From NCBI GenBank assembly GCA_017446025.1, contig JAFSRR010000095.1, forward strand, positions 14,081-78,080: a DNA stretch of 64,000 bases, in the 5' to 3' direction. Both the position numbers and the translations under genes were made by a program. Of the stretch, positions 15,814-24,292 are shown one piece after another (position 1 is the first letter of the stretch; each line of letters starts with the position of its first letter). Below the pieces are notes generated by a model. That model saw only the letters and a list, made by a program, of their open reading frames with translations. It searched no databases and had not been told where the DNA came from. This stretch comes from Bacteroidales bacterium (GTDB lineage Bacteria; Bacteroidota; Bacteroidia; Bacteroidales; UBA1402).

Positions 15814-17715
15814 ATGAGCTACTGCGACAGTCTGTTCAACTACCGTCGGAGGTCCTCCTCGACGGTGCACGTCGGGGCATTGGCCCTGGGCGGAGAGGCA
15901 CCTGTCAGGGTACAGTCGATGGCCAACACCTCGACGCTCGACACCCCGGCCTCGGTGGCCCAGGCCCTTGACATCATCCAGGCAGGCGGCGAGCTGGTCA
16001 GATTTACCGCCCAGGGGGTGCGTGAAGCCGAAAATCTCAGGGAGATTCGCGCCGAATTGCGCTCCCGCGCAGTGGACACCCCCATGGTGGCCGATATCCA
16101 CTTCAATCCCCAAGCCGCCTTTGCCGCGGCCCGGACGGTCGAGAAAGTCCGCATCAACCCCGGCAATTTTGCCGATCCCATACCGCAGCGCCTCCGGCAA
16201 ATCGCCGACCCGCAGCAACGTGAGCAGGCCATTGCCGCCCACATCCGCGAGCAGTTTGTCCCCTTCCTCCGTCTCTGCAAGCAGCACCACACGGCCATCC
16301 GCATCGGCGTGAACCACGGCTCGATGTCGGCCCGCATGACCGACCGTTACGGCGACACACCGCAAGGCCTGGTCGCCTCCTGTATGGAATACCTGCGCAT
16401 CTGCGTCGAAGAAGACTTCCACGAAGTAGTCATCTCCATCAAGGCCTCCAACACCCTGGTCATGGTACAGACCGTCCGTCTGTTGGTCGATACCATGAAC
16501 CGTGAAGACATGCACTTTCCCCTGCATCTGGGCGTGACCGAAGCCGGTGACGGCGAAGACGGCCGCATCAAGTCGGCTGTCGGCATCGGGGCCCTGCTGG
16601 CTGACGGCATCGGCGACACCGTCCGCGTTTCGCTGAGCGAAGCCCCCCAGGCGGAAATCCCAGTGGCCCGCACACTGGTCGATTACATCGGCCGCCGGCA
16701 AGGGCATCCCTCGATCGAGGCACAGCCCTGCCCCCAACTCGACCCCTATCGTTTCCACCGGAGGGACACCCGCAGCGGTTCGGCCAAGGCCGGTCCCTAT
16801 GCCGGTATCGGACAAGGACAAGTCCCTGTCGTTGTGACCGATCTTTCGGATGACGGACAGACAGGAATCCCTGTTTTCGGGAAAGACTTCCAACCAGACT
16901 ATATATACTTAGGTAGTCATCCGCAGCGTGCCGAAGTGTTGCGTGCAACGATTGGCAATGCCGGTCTGCTGTGCGATGCCGACTGTCTGACGGACGACGG
17001 GCGCGACCTTCTGCCGGTGTTTGTCCCGGCCCAACTCGCCGACCTGCAAGCCTCCACGGCTCCGCAAAAGTTCCTGCGCGTCTGCTACAGCGACCTGACG
17101 CCGGAGTTCATCGGCGACATAACGGCTGTCGAAGGTTTGAGCCTGCTGCTCGAAAGCCGCCACCCGAACGCCCCGGCCGAAATGCGGGCCGCCTTCCATA
17201 CCCTGATGAATGCCGGCTGCCGACTGCCTGTCATCCTGCGCTTCCGCTACACAGACATCACCCTGGAACAAGCCCGGATCTTTGCACCGGCCGATTTCGG
17301 ATTCCTGCTGCTCGACGGACTGGGCGACGGCATCTGCCTGCAAGCGGCCAGGCTGCCCGCTTTCGTCCTGGCCAAACTCATGTTCGGCATCCTGCAAGCC
17401 TGCCGCCTGAGAATCAGCCAAACCGAATACATTTCCTGCCCGAGTTGCGGCCGCACCCTGTTCGACCTGCAAGACACCCTGGCCCGGGTCAAGGCGGGCA
17501 CCAGCCATCTGAAAGGCCTCAAGATTGCCGTGATGGGCTGCATCGTAAACGGACCCGGCGAAATGGCCGACGCCGACTACGGCTATGTGGGGGCTGCCCG
17601 GGGCAAAGTAAGTCTGTACAAGGGCCGTCAATGCATCGAAAAGAACATTCCCCAGGAAGAGGCGCTCGACCGCCTGCTCGCCCTCATCAGACAAGACCGG
17701 CCCCAGGTCTGCTGA
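15814..17715 (+). CDS. ispG: (E)-4-hydroxy-3-methylbut-2-enyl-diphosphate synthase, long form
   Basis: 633 aa. N-terminal TIM-barrel motifs (VRVQSMANT, VRINPGN), a C-terminal 4Fe-4S Cys motif (SCPSCGRT..GCIVNGPGE), and a large central insert as in Bacteroidota and plant-type GcpE. Confidence 0.95.
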   Translation: MSYCDSLFNYRRRSSSTVHVGALALGGEAPVRVQSMANTSTLDTPASVAQALDIIQAGGELVRFTAQGVREAENLREIRAELRSRAVDTPMVADIHFNPQAAFAAARTVEKVRINPGNFADPIPQRLRQIADPQQREQAIAAHIREQFVPFLRLCKQHHTAIRIGVNHGSMSARMTDRYGDTPQGLVASCMEYLRICVEEDFHEVVISIKASNTLVMVQTVRLLVDTMNREDMHFPLHLGVTEAGDGEDGRIKSAVGIGALLADGIGDTVRVSLSEAPQAEIPVARTLVDYIGRRQGHPSIEAQPCPQLDPYRFHRRDTRSGSAKAGPYAGIGQGQVPVVVTDLSDDGQTGIPVFGKDFQPDYIYLGSHPQRAEVLRATIGNAGLLCDADCLTDDGRDLLPVFVPAQLADLQASTAPQKFLRVCYSDLTPEFIGDITAVEGLSLLLESRHPNAPAEMRAAFHTLMNAGCRLPVILRFRYTDITLEQARIFAPADFGFLLLDGLGDGICLQAARLPAFVLAKLMFGILQACRLRISQTEYISCPSCGRTLFDLQDTLARVKAGTSHLKGLKIAVMGCIVNGPGEMADADYGYVGAARGKVSLYKGRQCIEKNIPQEEALDRLLALIRQDRPQVC

Positions 17716-17762
17716 TATGGTCGGAAAATTTGCAAGAACAATCATCTTATACTACATTTGTC

Positions 17763-17770
17763 GCCACTAA
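17763..17770 (+). promoter_or_regulatory. candidate -7 box (TACATTTG)
   Basis: TAnnTTTG match 17 nt upstream of ATG 17788. No -33 element at canonical spacing. Confidence 0.35.
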
Positions 17771-17787
17771 TCAAATTCTCAACAGCT

Positions 17788-18534
17788 ATGAAAAAAATCG
17801 CCCTACTTCTTTTGTGTCCGGCCTTCCTGCTGCTCGGCTCCTGCGGCATGCTGCAGTCCACTGCCGGCACCAACGAAACCGTCAACAACAACGCCGCCCT
17901 GGCTGCCCTGCTGGGACAGGCCACCACGGCTGCCGCTCCCACCACTTCGGCCGGCCAGAGCCTCATCGGCTCCCTGCTTGGCCAGGTAACCGGCGCCAAA
18001 GCCACCCAGTCCAACGCCCTTAGCGCCTGGACCGTTGTGAACGGACTGGCCAGCGGCCAGAGCCTGACCGACATCGCCGTCAATGCCGCCAAGCAGAAAC
18101 TGCAGGATCAGGTATCGACCGTTGTCACCAACGCCGTGCTCAACTACATGGGCATGGGACAGCAGACACAAACCGCCGCTTCCGGCAACAACGCCCTGGT
18201 CAACACGCTCGTGAGCGCCACCACCCAGTCGCTGGCCTCGAAGGCCGTCAATTCGGTAGCCGACGACCTGATGAAAGGTGTCAACGTGGCCACCCAGGAT
18301 GTCGCCAAGACCGATGGTACCACCGACTGCTACTCTGCCGCCGGTATCGGCCTGGAAACGCTGCTGGGCAATATCCAGAACGCTTCGGCCCTGACTTCCC
18401 TGCTCACCGGTCAGACAGCCGCTGCCAGCCAGCCTGCCGCCACGACCACGACCACGACGGCTCCCACCATCAACGCCAAGACGCTGAGCGGTGCCCTGGC
18501 TGCTGCCATCAGTGCCTACAACGCCACCAAATAA
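17788..18534 (+). CDS. low-complexity Ala/Thr/Gln/Asn-rich lipoprotein, unknown function
   Basis: Lipobox (LLLGSC). 248 aa that are nearly devoid of aromatic and charged residues, with recurring (S/T)LLGQ motifs and a TTTTTT run. Confidence 0.6.
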   Translation: MKKIALLLLCPAFLLLGSCGMLQSTAGTNETVNNNAALAALLGQATTAAAPTTSAGQSLIGSLLGQVTGAKATQSNALSAWTVVNGLASGQSLTDIAVNAAKQKLQDQVSTVVTNAVLNYMGMGQQTQTAASGNNALVNTLVSATTQSLASKAVNSVADDLMKGVNVATQDVAKTDGTTDCYSAAGIGLETLLGNIQNASALTSLLTGQTAAASQPAATTTTTTAPTINAKTLSGALAAAISAYNATK

Positions 18535-18557
18535 GCCTCACAACTTTTTGTGACAGC

Positions 18558-18602
18558 AAAAAAAAGAGGGCGGTCAAAATGCTTGACCGCCCTTGCTTTT
18601 TC
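18558..18602. terminator. bidirectional rho-independent terminator
   Basis: Perfect 10-bp stem GGGCGGTCAA/TTGACCGCCC (18568-18577 / 18583-18592), flanked by an A8 run and a T-rich run, between convergent genes. Confidence 0.8.
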
Positions 18603-18629
18603 TATCCCGTTATACTTGGAATAATTGGC

Positions 18630-19370
18630 TTAGAAGACCCACTTGGTGCCCAGGCAGGGACGAACCTTCAGGCCGTCGTAACCGGCGAAGTTGGCGGAAA
18701 TCTCCACCTCGCCGCCGATGTGCAGGTTCGGGCAGTTGAACATGTTGCCGATGTTGTACCAGATCTGCGGTTCAGAGATGAAGACAAACTTCGCGTCCTT
18801 GTAGTTGAGCGGATTGGCTTCTTCAGCAAAGTTAACCACGTTTTCACCCCAGATATCGGCGAAGCCGCTGAAGCGCAAACCTTCTACACCAAAGATGTCC
18901 TGCATGCCCCAGACAAAGGTGAACTGTACGGGGATGTCGCTGCTGGCGCCACTGCTGAAGGTCTTGTACAGCAACTTGAAGTTGAAGGTGTTGCTGAAAT
19001 CGTCATTGTGCATGAAATAGTCCACACCGAACAGGAAGTTCTGGTTAACACCAACCAGGCCGTTGTATTCGACCTGCAGGCTCAACGGAGCCAGGGTTTC
19101 GTTGCTCTGCCAGAAGTTGAGGCAACGGGCGATTTCCATGTAAGATCCACTGGGGGCCTGGTTGACACCGTTGGCATCCTTGCGGTTGTAATCGTAGTCG
19201 ATGAAGAAGAAGGTGTTACCCCAGTTGTCATTGTAGAAACCTTCCAGCGTGGTGGTGAAGTGACTACGGTTGGGACCGAAATCATAGAAAGTCTGCAGAT
19301 TGGTCTGAGCCTTCATTCCCGGAACCAAAAGCAGCGTTGCGGCTGCGAGCATCAAAAAACTTTTTTTCAT
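18630..19370 (-). CDS. Tsx-like/DUF5020-type outer-membrane beta-barrel protein
   Basis: 246 aa with a signal peptide. The LQTFYDFG..FTTTLEGFYNDNWGNTFFFIDYDY start and the C-terminal aromatic (..TKWVF) match the family pattern from memory. Confidence 0.6.
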   Translation of the reverse strand: MKKSFLMLAAATLLLVPGMKAQTNLQTFYDFGPNRSHFTTTLEGFYNDNWGNTFFFIDYDYNRKDANGVNQAPSGSYMEIARCLNFWQSNETLAPLSLQVEYNGLVGVNQNFLFGVDYFMHNDDFSNTFNFKLLYKTFSSGASSDIPVQFTFVWGMQDIFGVEGLRFSGFADIWGENVVNFAEEANPLNYKDAKFVFISEPQIWYNIGNMFNCPNLHIGGEVEISANFAGYDGLKVRPCLGTKWVF

Positions 19371-19388
19371 AACTTATTAATTTAGAGA

Positions 19389-21719
19389 TTAGAAAGGATA
19401 GCCAATAGCAATATGGAATGCAAAATCGTCGGTACTGTCGATGTGCCGGATGCGCCAGCGTTCGTCGGCATCGAGTCCGGCCGGGTCATAGACCTTCATG
19501 CCCAAGTCCACACGGAACAACACAAACTTGAAGTCCAGGCGCACTCCCAGGCCGGCCGCCAAGGCGATCTCGTTCAGGAAACTGTCCATCTTGAACTGCC
19601 CGCCCGGCTGGTTGTCGTAGGCATGCAAGGTCCAGATGTTGCCCGCATCGACAAAATAAGCGCCTTCCAGCACCCAGAACCATTTCTGGCGGAACTCGAA
19701 ATTGAGGTCGAGCTTCATATCGCCCGACTGGTTCATGAAGTCGATGGTCTTGAGCGCCGTCTTGTAGCGACCCGGGCCCAGCGTCCTGACCGACCAGCCG
19801 CGCACCGAGTTGGCACCGCCCGAATAAAACCGCTTTTCAAAAGGCAGGATCTTGGAGTTGCCATAGGGGAAGGCCAGGCCCAGACCGGCCCGCAGGGCGA
19901 TGCGGTTGGTCGCATTGAGCGGGATGTGCTGCGTGTATTCAATCTCACCCTTCACAAACTGTGAGAAGGGGATATTGCCGATGGTGTACTGCCCGTTTTC
20001 ATTGGGTTCGCCCAGACTGTGGGCCAAGGGATTGAGCAGGTTGCCTGCCTCCTCGACATTGACACGCACCGTGTAGAAGCGATGGCGGCTCAGGCTCAAG
20101 CCCTGCGGCAAGCTGGAATACAGGAAACCGTAGGCCATCTCCAGGATAAACTGGTCTTCGTAGCTGTACTTCAGGTAAGACCCTTCCTTGAGGTAGGTCG
20201 CCTTGAAGGCCGAATCCACCCGGGGCATATAGACGTAGGCAAAGTCGATCGGGGTGAGCGTGTGGCGTGTCTGCCGGTTCTGCCAGGTATATTTGACCGA
20301 AGCGGAAGCCGTAGTGCGCAGGAATTCGGGCCGGGACAGGTTGTCGTAGCTCAACGAGAAATTGGTCGAAGCATCGATTTCCTTGCGCAGGTTGCTCGAC
20401 AAGAGCGGCAGACGGAAATTGGGCAGCGAAAGCGACATCTCTCCGCCATACTCGAAATAGTCGTCGGTGTAGTAGCCCGACAGGGCCTCGTAGGCGCCCC
20501 GCAGGCTGACATTATAGACCTCACCGCCCCGCAGCAGGTTTTGTTGCGTATAAGACAGTTTGCAGGCCACGCCCAGGTCGCCGGCCGTGTTGGTGCCTTC
20601 CAGATCGGCTGTGACGATATTCTCCTCGGCCGGAGTCAGCACGATGTAACAGTCGAGCAGGCCAGTTTGGTCGTCCTTGTCGGGCATTTCCTGGAAACGG
20701 ATGTTGACATAGCGCAGACACGACATCCTGTTCAGGCGGGTATAGGTGCGGTCCACATCGTCGGCCCGGTAGAGAGCGCCGGGTGTGATGAAGCAGTTTT
20801 GCAGCAAAGTACCCGGTCGCAGCAGCGGTTTGTCGCGATAGATGAAATAATAGTTGTCCACCTGCAGGGTGTCGTAATCGGCCACCTGGAAAACGCCGGC
20901 GCTGCGGGAATAGGCAGCCGTGGGCACATCCAGCAGGAAGCAGACACGGCCTATCTCGTAGGGGCGGTGCTCCTCCTGGCTCACCCCCGACGGGCGGATG
21001 TGCATATAGGGCTCGATCTGCAAATCTATATCTACCTGATGCGATTGCAGCGAACTGTCCACATCGAACGAGAAATGTTCCTTGCTGACGGCATAATAAC
21101 CCTGGTTGCGGGCCAATGAAGCCAGGCGGCCACGCTCCTCATCGAGCCGGTCACTGTCGAAAGCATCTCCCGGAAAGAGTTCCGTCGCTGTCATCGACTG
21201 GGCAACCATCGACTCGAACGCCGCCGTTGAATCGGAAGGTTCGAAATCGTAGTTGCGGATACGGTAAAGCTGGCCGGGATCGACCTGATAAGTGACCTTG
21301 ACGCGGCGTTTTTGCGTGCGCACCTCACTGCCGACAGTGGCATCGAAATAGCCCTTGCTGAAAAGCCAGCGTTCCATGGAATAGACCGACTGCCCGACGG
21401 CCAGGGAATCGAACAGCACGGGCGGCTCGCCCATATTGCGCAAAGCCCGGTTGATCCACTTGGAAGTATCCTGGCCCGACAGGTTATAGACTGCCAGGTC
21501 GAGTCCCAGCACGCCCCACAGACGGTTGTTGGGCTGCTGGCGAATACGACTTTTCAACTCCTTTTTGGAGACAGACTTGTCTTTTACTTCCACGGCGGTC
21601 CGATTGAGCAGTCTCTCGTTTTCAGGTACATACTTGAGGGTATTGCAAGAGTACAATACCATCAACCCTGTCAACAAGAGGATTACACGTTTCACGCTGG
21701 AGTTGGTATTTACAGGCAA
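19389..21719 (-). CDS. BamA/TamA-family outer membrane protein (surface antigen D15)
   Basis: 776 aa. N-terminal POTRA-like repeats and a C-terminal Omp85 barrel (RFYSGGANSVRGW..GLGVRLD..IAIGYPF). Confidence 0.85.
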   Translation of the reverse strand: MPVNTNSSVKRVILLLTGLMVLYSCNTLKYVPENERLLNRTAVEVKDKSVSKKELKSRIRQQPNNRLWGVLGLDLAVYNLSGQDTSKWINRALRNMGEPPVLFDSLAVGQSVYSMERWLFSKGYFDATVGSEVRTQKRRVKVTYQVDPGQLYRIRNYDFEPSDSTAAFESMVAQSMTATELFPGDAFDSDRLDEERGRLASLARNQGYYAVSKEHFSFDVDSSLQSHQVDIDLQIEPYMHIRPSGVSQEEHRPYEIGRVCFLLDVPTAAYSRSAGVFQVADYDTLQVDNYYFIYRDKPLLRPGTLLQNCFITPGALYRADDVDRTYTRLNRMSCLRYVNIRFQEMPDKDDQTGLLDCYIVLTPAEENIVTADLEGTNTAGDLGVACKLSYTQQNLLRGGEVYNVSLRGAYEALSGYYTDDYFEYGGEMSLSLPNFRLPLLSSNLRKEIDASTNFSLSYDNLSRPEFLRTTASASVKYTWQNRQTRHTLTPIDFAYVYMPRVDSAFKATYLKEGSYLKYSYEDQFILEMAYGFLYSSLPQGLSLSRHRFYTVRVNVEEAGNLLNPLAHSLGEPNENGQYTIGNIPFSQFVKGEIEYTQHIPLNATNRIALRAGLGLAFPYGNSKILPFEKRFYSGGANSVRGWSVRTLGPGRYKTALKTIDFMNQSGDMKLDLNFEFRQKWFWVLEGAYFVDAGNIWTLHAYDNQPGGQFKMDSFLNEIALAAGLGVRLDFKFVLFRVDLGMKVYDPAGLDADERWRIRHIDSTDDFAFHIAIGYPF

Positions 21720-21784
21720 ATATACTACTTTTGTTCATCATTCAAAGCGCCCGAAGAGATTTTTATCAAGCAAAAGATCAGGTC

Positions 21785-22546
21785 ATGCTGAGCAAAGCCA
21801 AAACAAAATGGATCCATTCGCTGGAACTGAAAAAATTCCGGTCTGAATATCGGCTTTTTACGGCCGAAGGCAACAAACTGGCCGAAGAATTGCTGCCCTT
21901 GTTGCCGTGTCGCTTCCTGGCAGCCACCCCCGAATGGCTGGAGGCACACCCCGGCGTCCAGGCCGAGGAAATCGTGGAGGCAAGCTACGACGAACTCCGA
22001 AGGGCCTGCACCCAGGCCAGCCCGCAAGGAGTGATAGCCGTGTTTCACCAGCCCGACTACCCGCTCGACATGGCCCGGTTGTCCCAGACACTGAGCCTGG
22101 CACTGGACAATGTGCAGGATCCCGGCAACCTGGGCACCATCCTGCGCACGGCCGACTGGTTCGGCATAGAGCATGTGTTGTGCTCCCCGGGCACGGCCGA
22201 CGCCTTCCAGCCCAAAGCCATCCAATCCACCATGGGGGCCATCGGACGGGTCCAGGTGCATTATGTCGATTTGGAAGAGGTGTTTGAAAAAAGCGGCCTG
22301 CCTGTTTTCGGGACCTTCCTCGAAGGCGAGGACATCTATGAGGCCGAATTGCCCGGAAGGGGCATCATCCTGATGGGCAACGAGGGCAAAGGCATTTCCC
22401 CCCGTCTGGCGGCCAAAGTGAGCCGCAAACTGTACATCCCCAATTTCCCGGCGGGGCGGAAAGGGCCGGAATCGCTCAATGTGTCAGTGGCCACCGCCAT
22501 CGTCTGTTCGGAATTCCTCCGCCGAAAAGGCCGGACGGTGCTGTAG
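21785..22546 (+). CDS. TrmH/SpoU-family RNA 2'-O-methyltransferase
   Basis: SpoU motifs LDNVQDPGNLGTILRTADWFG, LMGNEGKGIS and ESLNVSVATAIV. The start was trimmed to MLSKAKTKWIHSL. Confidence 0.85.
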   Translation: MLSKAKTKWIHSLELKKFRSEYRLFTAEGNKLAEELLPLLPCRFLAATPEWLEAHPGVQAEEIVEASYDELRRACTQASPQGVIAVFHQPDYPLDMARLSQTLSLALDNVQDPGNLGTILRTADWFGIEHVLCSPGTADAFQPKAIQSTMGAIGRVQVHYVDLEEVFEKSGLPVFGTFLEGEDIYEAELPGRGIILMGNEGKGISPRLAAKVSRKLYIPNFPAGRKGPESLNVSVATAIVCSEFLRRKGRTVL

Positions 22547-23266
22547 CCGTTTCCCGGCAGGAGCCTGCTCGACAGCCTCCGTCTGATGCTGGGCAGTCCG
22601 TCGCTGCAGGTAGGCCGAATCAACCTGGAAAATATCCAGATCGTTTGTTTCCCTGACTTTTTCCAAGGCTTGCCGTACCCCCGACCAATAGGGGTCTTCT
22701 GTGCTGTAAGCGGCAATATGCCCCGAATCGGCCGACAGATAAAGGGCCGTGTCCCTGTTTTCCAAAGGCAGGGGGACGAGCAGCCAGTCGGCCCAGGGCG
22801 CCACATCGCGCTCCTTGACATCGACCGTCCGCCACTTCAGTTCGAAACGCCGCCGCTCTTCGGCCAGACGCTCCAGTTCCTCACGCCGGTCCACTTCGGC
22901 CTGCACGGCGTTGAGATTCTTGATGACTTGTGTACAGATTTTGGACATCACCTTGTTGCGACGGGAATAGTAGGCGACGGAAGCATAGAAATCCTCTTCC
23001 GAGACGTGATGCTTTTCCAGAATATGCCGATAGGCGACATCCTGGAAATACTCCCGGCTCAGGCCCCGGCTCCAGCGGTTGCGCGTACCGTGGTCCATCT
23101 GGTTGAGCATGGCGTCGGTCAGATAGACATCTGTGAGGACTTCGGCCAGGTGTTTTTTGGAAATCACCTTGCCCTCCTGCTTTTTCTGACAGCCGCCCAG
23201 CGTCAGCAGGCAGCAGAGCACCAGCAGGCCTGTCAGCCGCCATCCCGAACTATGCCTTTTTCCCAT
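22484..23266 (-). CDS. DUF4296-like lipoprotein
   Basis: Lipobox (LTLGGC). The LAEVLTDVYLTDAML..EEDFYASVAYY segment is typical of the DUF4296 genes found next to lspA in Bacteroidales. The 3' end overlaps the convergent methyltransferase gene by 63 nt. Confidence 0.55.
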   Translation of the reverse strand: MGKRHSSGWRLTGLLVLCCLLTLGGCQKKQEGKVISKKHLAEVLTDVYLTDAMLNQMDHGTRNRWSRGLSREYFQDVAYRHILEKHHVSEEDFYASVAYYSRRNKVMSKICTQVIKNLNAVQAEVDRREELERLAEERRRFELKWRTVDVKERDVAPWADWLLVPLPLENRDTALYLSADSGHIAAYSTEDPYWSGVRQALEKVRETNDLDIFQVDSAYLQRRTAQHQTEAVEQAPAGKRLQHRPAFSAEEFRTDDGGGH

Positions 23267-23900
23267 TGGCCGAGGAAGATGCGCCTTTCCGATCCAGGTC
23301 GGAAGCCAGTGATTTATGGTAGAAAATGAGCAAGACGAAAACGCCTATGGTGATGCAGGAATCGGCCACATTGAAGACCGGCCGGAAAAAGACGAATTCC
23401 TGACCGCCCCATATGGGCATCCAATCGGGCCAGACCGTTTCGATAAGCGGGAAGTACAGCATATCGACCACCTGCCCGTAGAAGAGCGGGGCATAGCCTC
23501 CTCCCTCGGGAAAGAGCGTGGCCACCTGTCCGAAACTGTGGTCGAAGACAAGGCCGTAGAAGAGACAGTCGAAAATGTTGCCCAGGGCACCGGCCGTGAT
23601 CAGGGCGATACAGACAATATATCCCATCTTGGCCTCCGGGCGTCGGGTGAGATGTATCAAATACCAGATGAGCAGCCCGGATGCAACGATACGGAACAAG
23701 GTGAGGAAAATCTTGTCGAAAAACTCCCAGCCGAAAGCCATGCCGTTGTTTTCAGTGAAGTAGATGTAGAACCAATCGGCCACACGAATGCTCTCATGCA
23801 GCTGAAGATGAGTCTTGACAATGATTTTCACCGCCTGATCGAGCAGCACCAGCAGGACGATGATCAGTACGGCTTTCCAAGTCCGGGAAAGTCTGGACAT
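23250..23900 (-). CDS. lspA: lipoprotein signal peptidase (signal peptidase II)
   Basis: TENNGMAFG..LGNIFD..FNVAD motifs and four TM segments. Confidence 0.9.
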   Translation of the reverse strand: MSRLSRTWKAVLIIVLLVLLDQAVKIIVKTHLQLHESIRVADWFYIYFTENNGMAFGWEFFDKIFLTLFRIVASGLLIWYLIHLTRRPEAKMGYIVCIALITAGALGNIFDCLFYGLVFDHSFGQVATLFPEGGGYAPLFYGQVVDMLYFPLIETVWPDWMPIWGGQEFVFFRPVFNVADSCITIGVFVLLIFYHKSLASDLDRKGASSSANGKKA

Positions 23901-23901
23901 A

Positions 23902-24264
23902 CTATTTTCCTTTTGCTTCGATGCTCAGCGTGGCATGAGGCACGGCACGCAGACGTTCCTTGGGAATCAGTTTGCCGGTCTCGCGGCAAATACCGTAGGT
24001 CTTGTTGTCGATACGCAACAGGGCGGCCTCCAGGTGCTGGATGAAAGTCAGCTGACGCTGGGCCAGCCGGGACACTTCCTCCTTCTGCAGGAAATTGGCA
24101 CCGTCTTCGAAAGCCTTGAACGTCGGAGCGGTGTCTGCCACATCATTGCCTTCCAGGCTCTTCTTGAGCTGGTCATACTCTTCACGGGCCTTAGCCAGTT
24201 TCTCTTCGATCAATACCCTGAACTCCTCGAGTTCAGCATCTGAATAACGGATAATTTCTGCCAT
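23902..24264 (-). CDS. DksA/TraR-family zinc-finger protein
   Basis: 120 aa. Coiled-coil N-terminus and a TYGICRETGKLIPKERLRAVPHATL C-terminus. Sits in the conserved position between ileS and lspA. Confidence 0.85.
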   Translation of the reverse strand: MAEIIRYSDAELEEFRVLIEEKLAKAREEYDQLKKSLEGNDVADTAPTFKAFEDGANFLQKEEVSRLAQRQLTFIQHLEAALLRIDNKTYGICRETGKLIPKERLRAVPHATLSIEAKGK

Positions 24265-24292
24265 AGCTAATCATTTTTAGATGGTCAACACA

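Noticed and set aside
15814-17715. Unusually long IspG (633 aa versus ~370 aa in E. coli)
   Set aside because: A large inserted domain is a known feature of the IspG/GcpE form found in Bacteroidota, Chlamydiae and plastids. It is not novel.
22484-22546. 63-nt convergent overlap between the TrmH-like gene and the DUF4296-like gene
   Set aside because: It is most simply explained by a poorly conserved, extended C-terminal tail of the lipoprotein ORF in GC-rich DNA. There is no evidence of regulatory significance.
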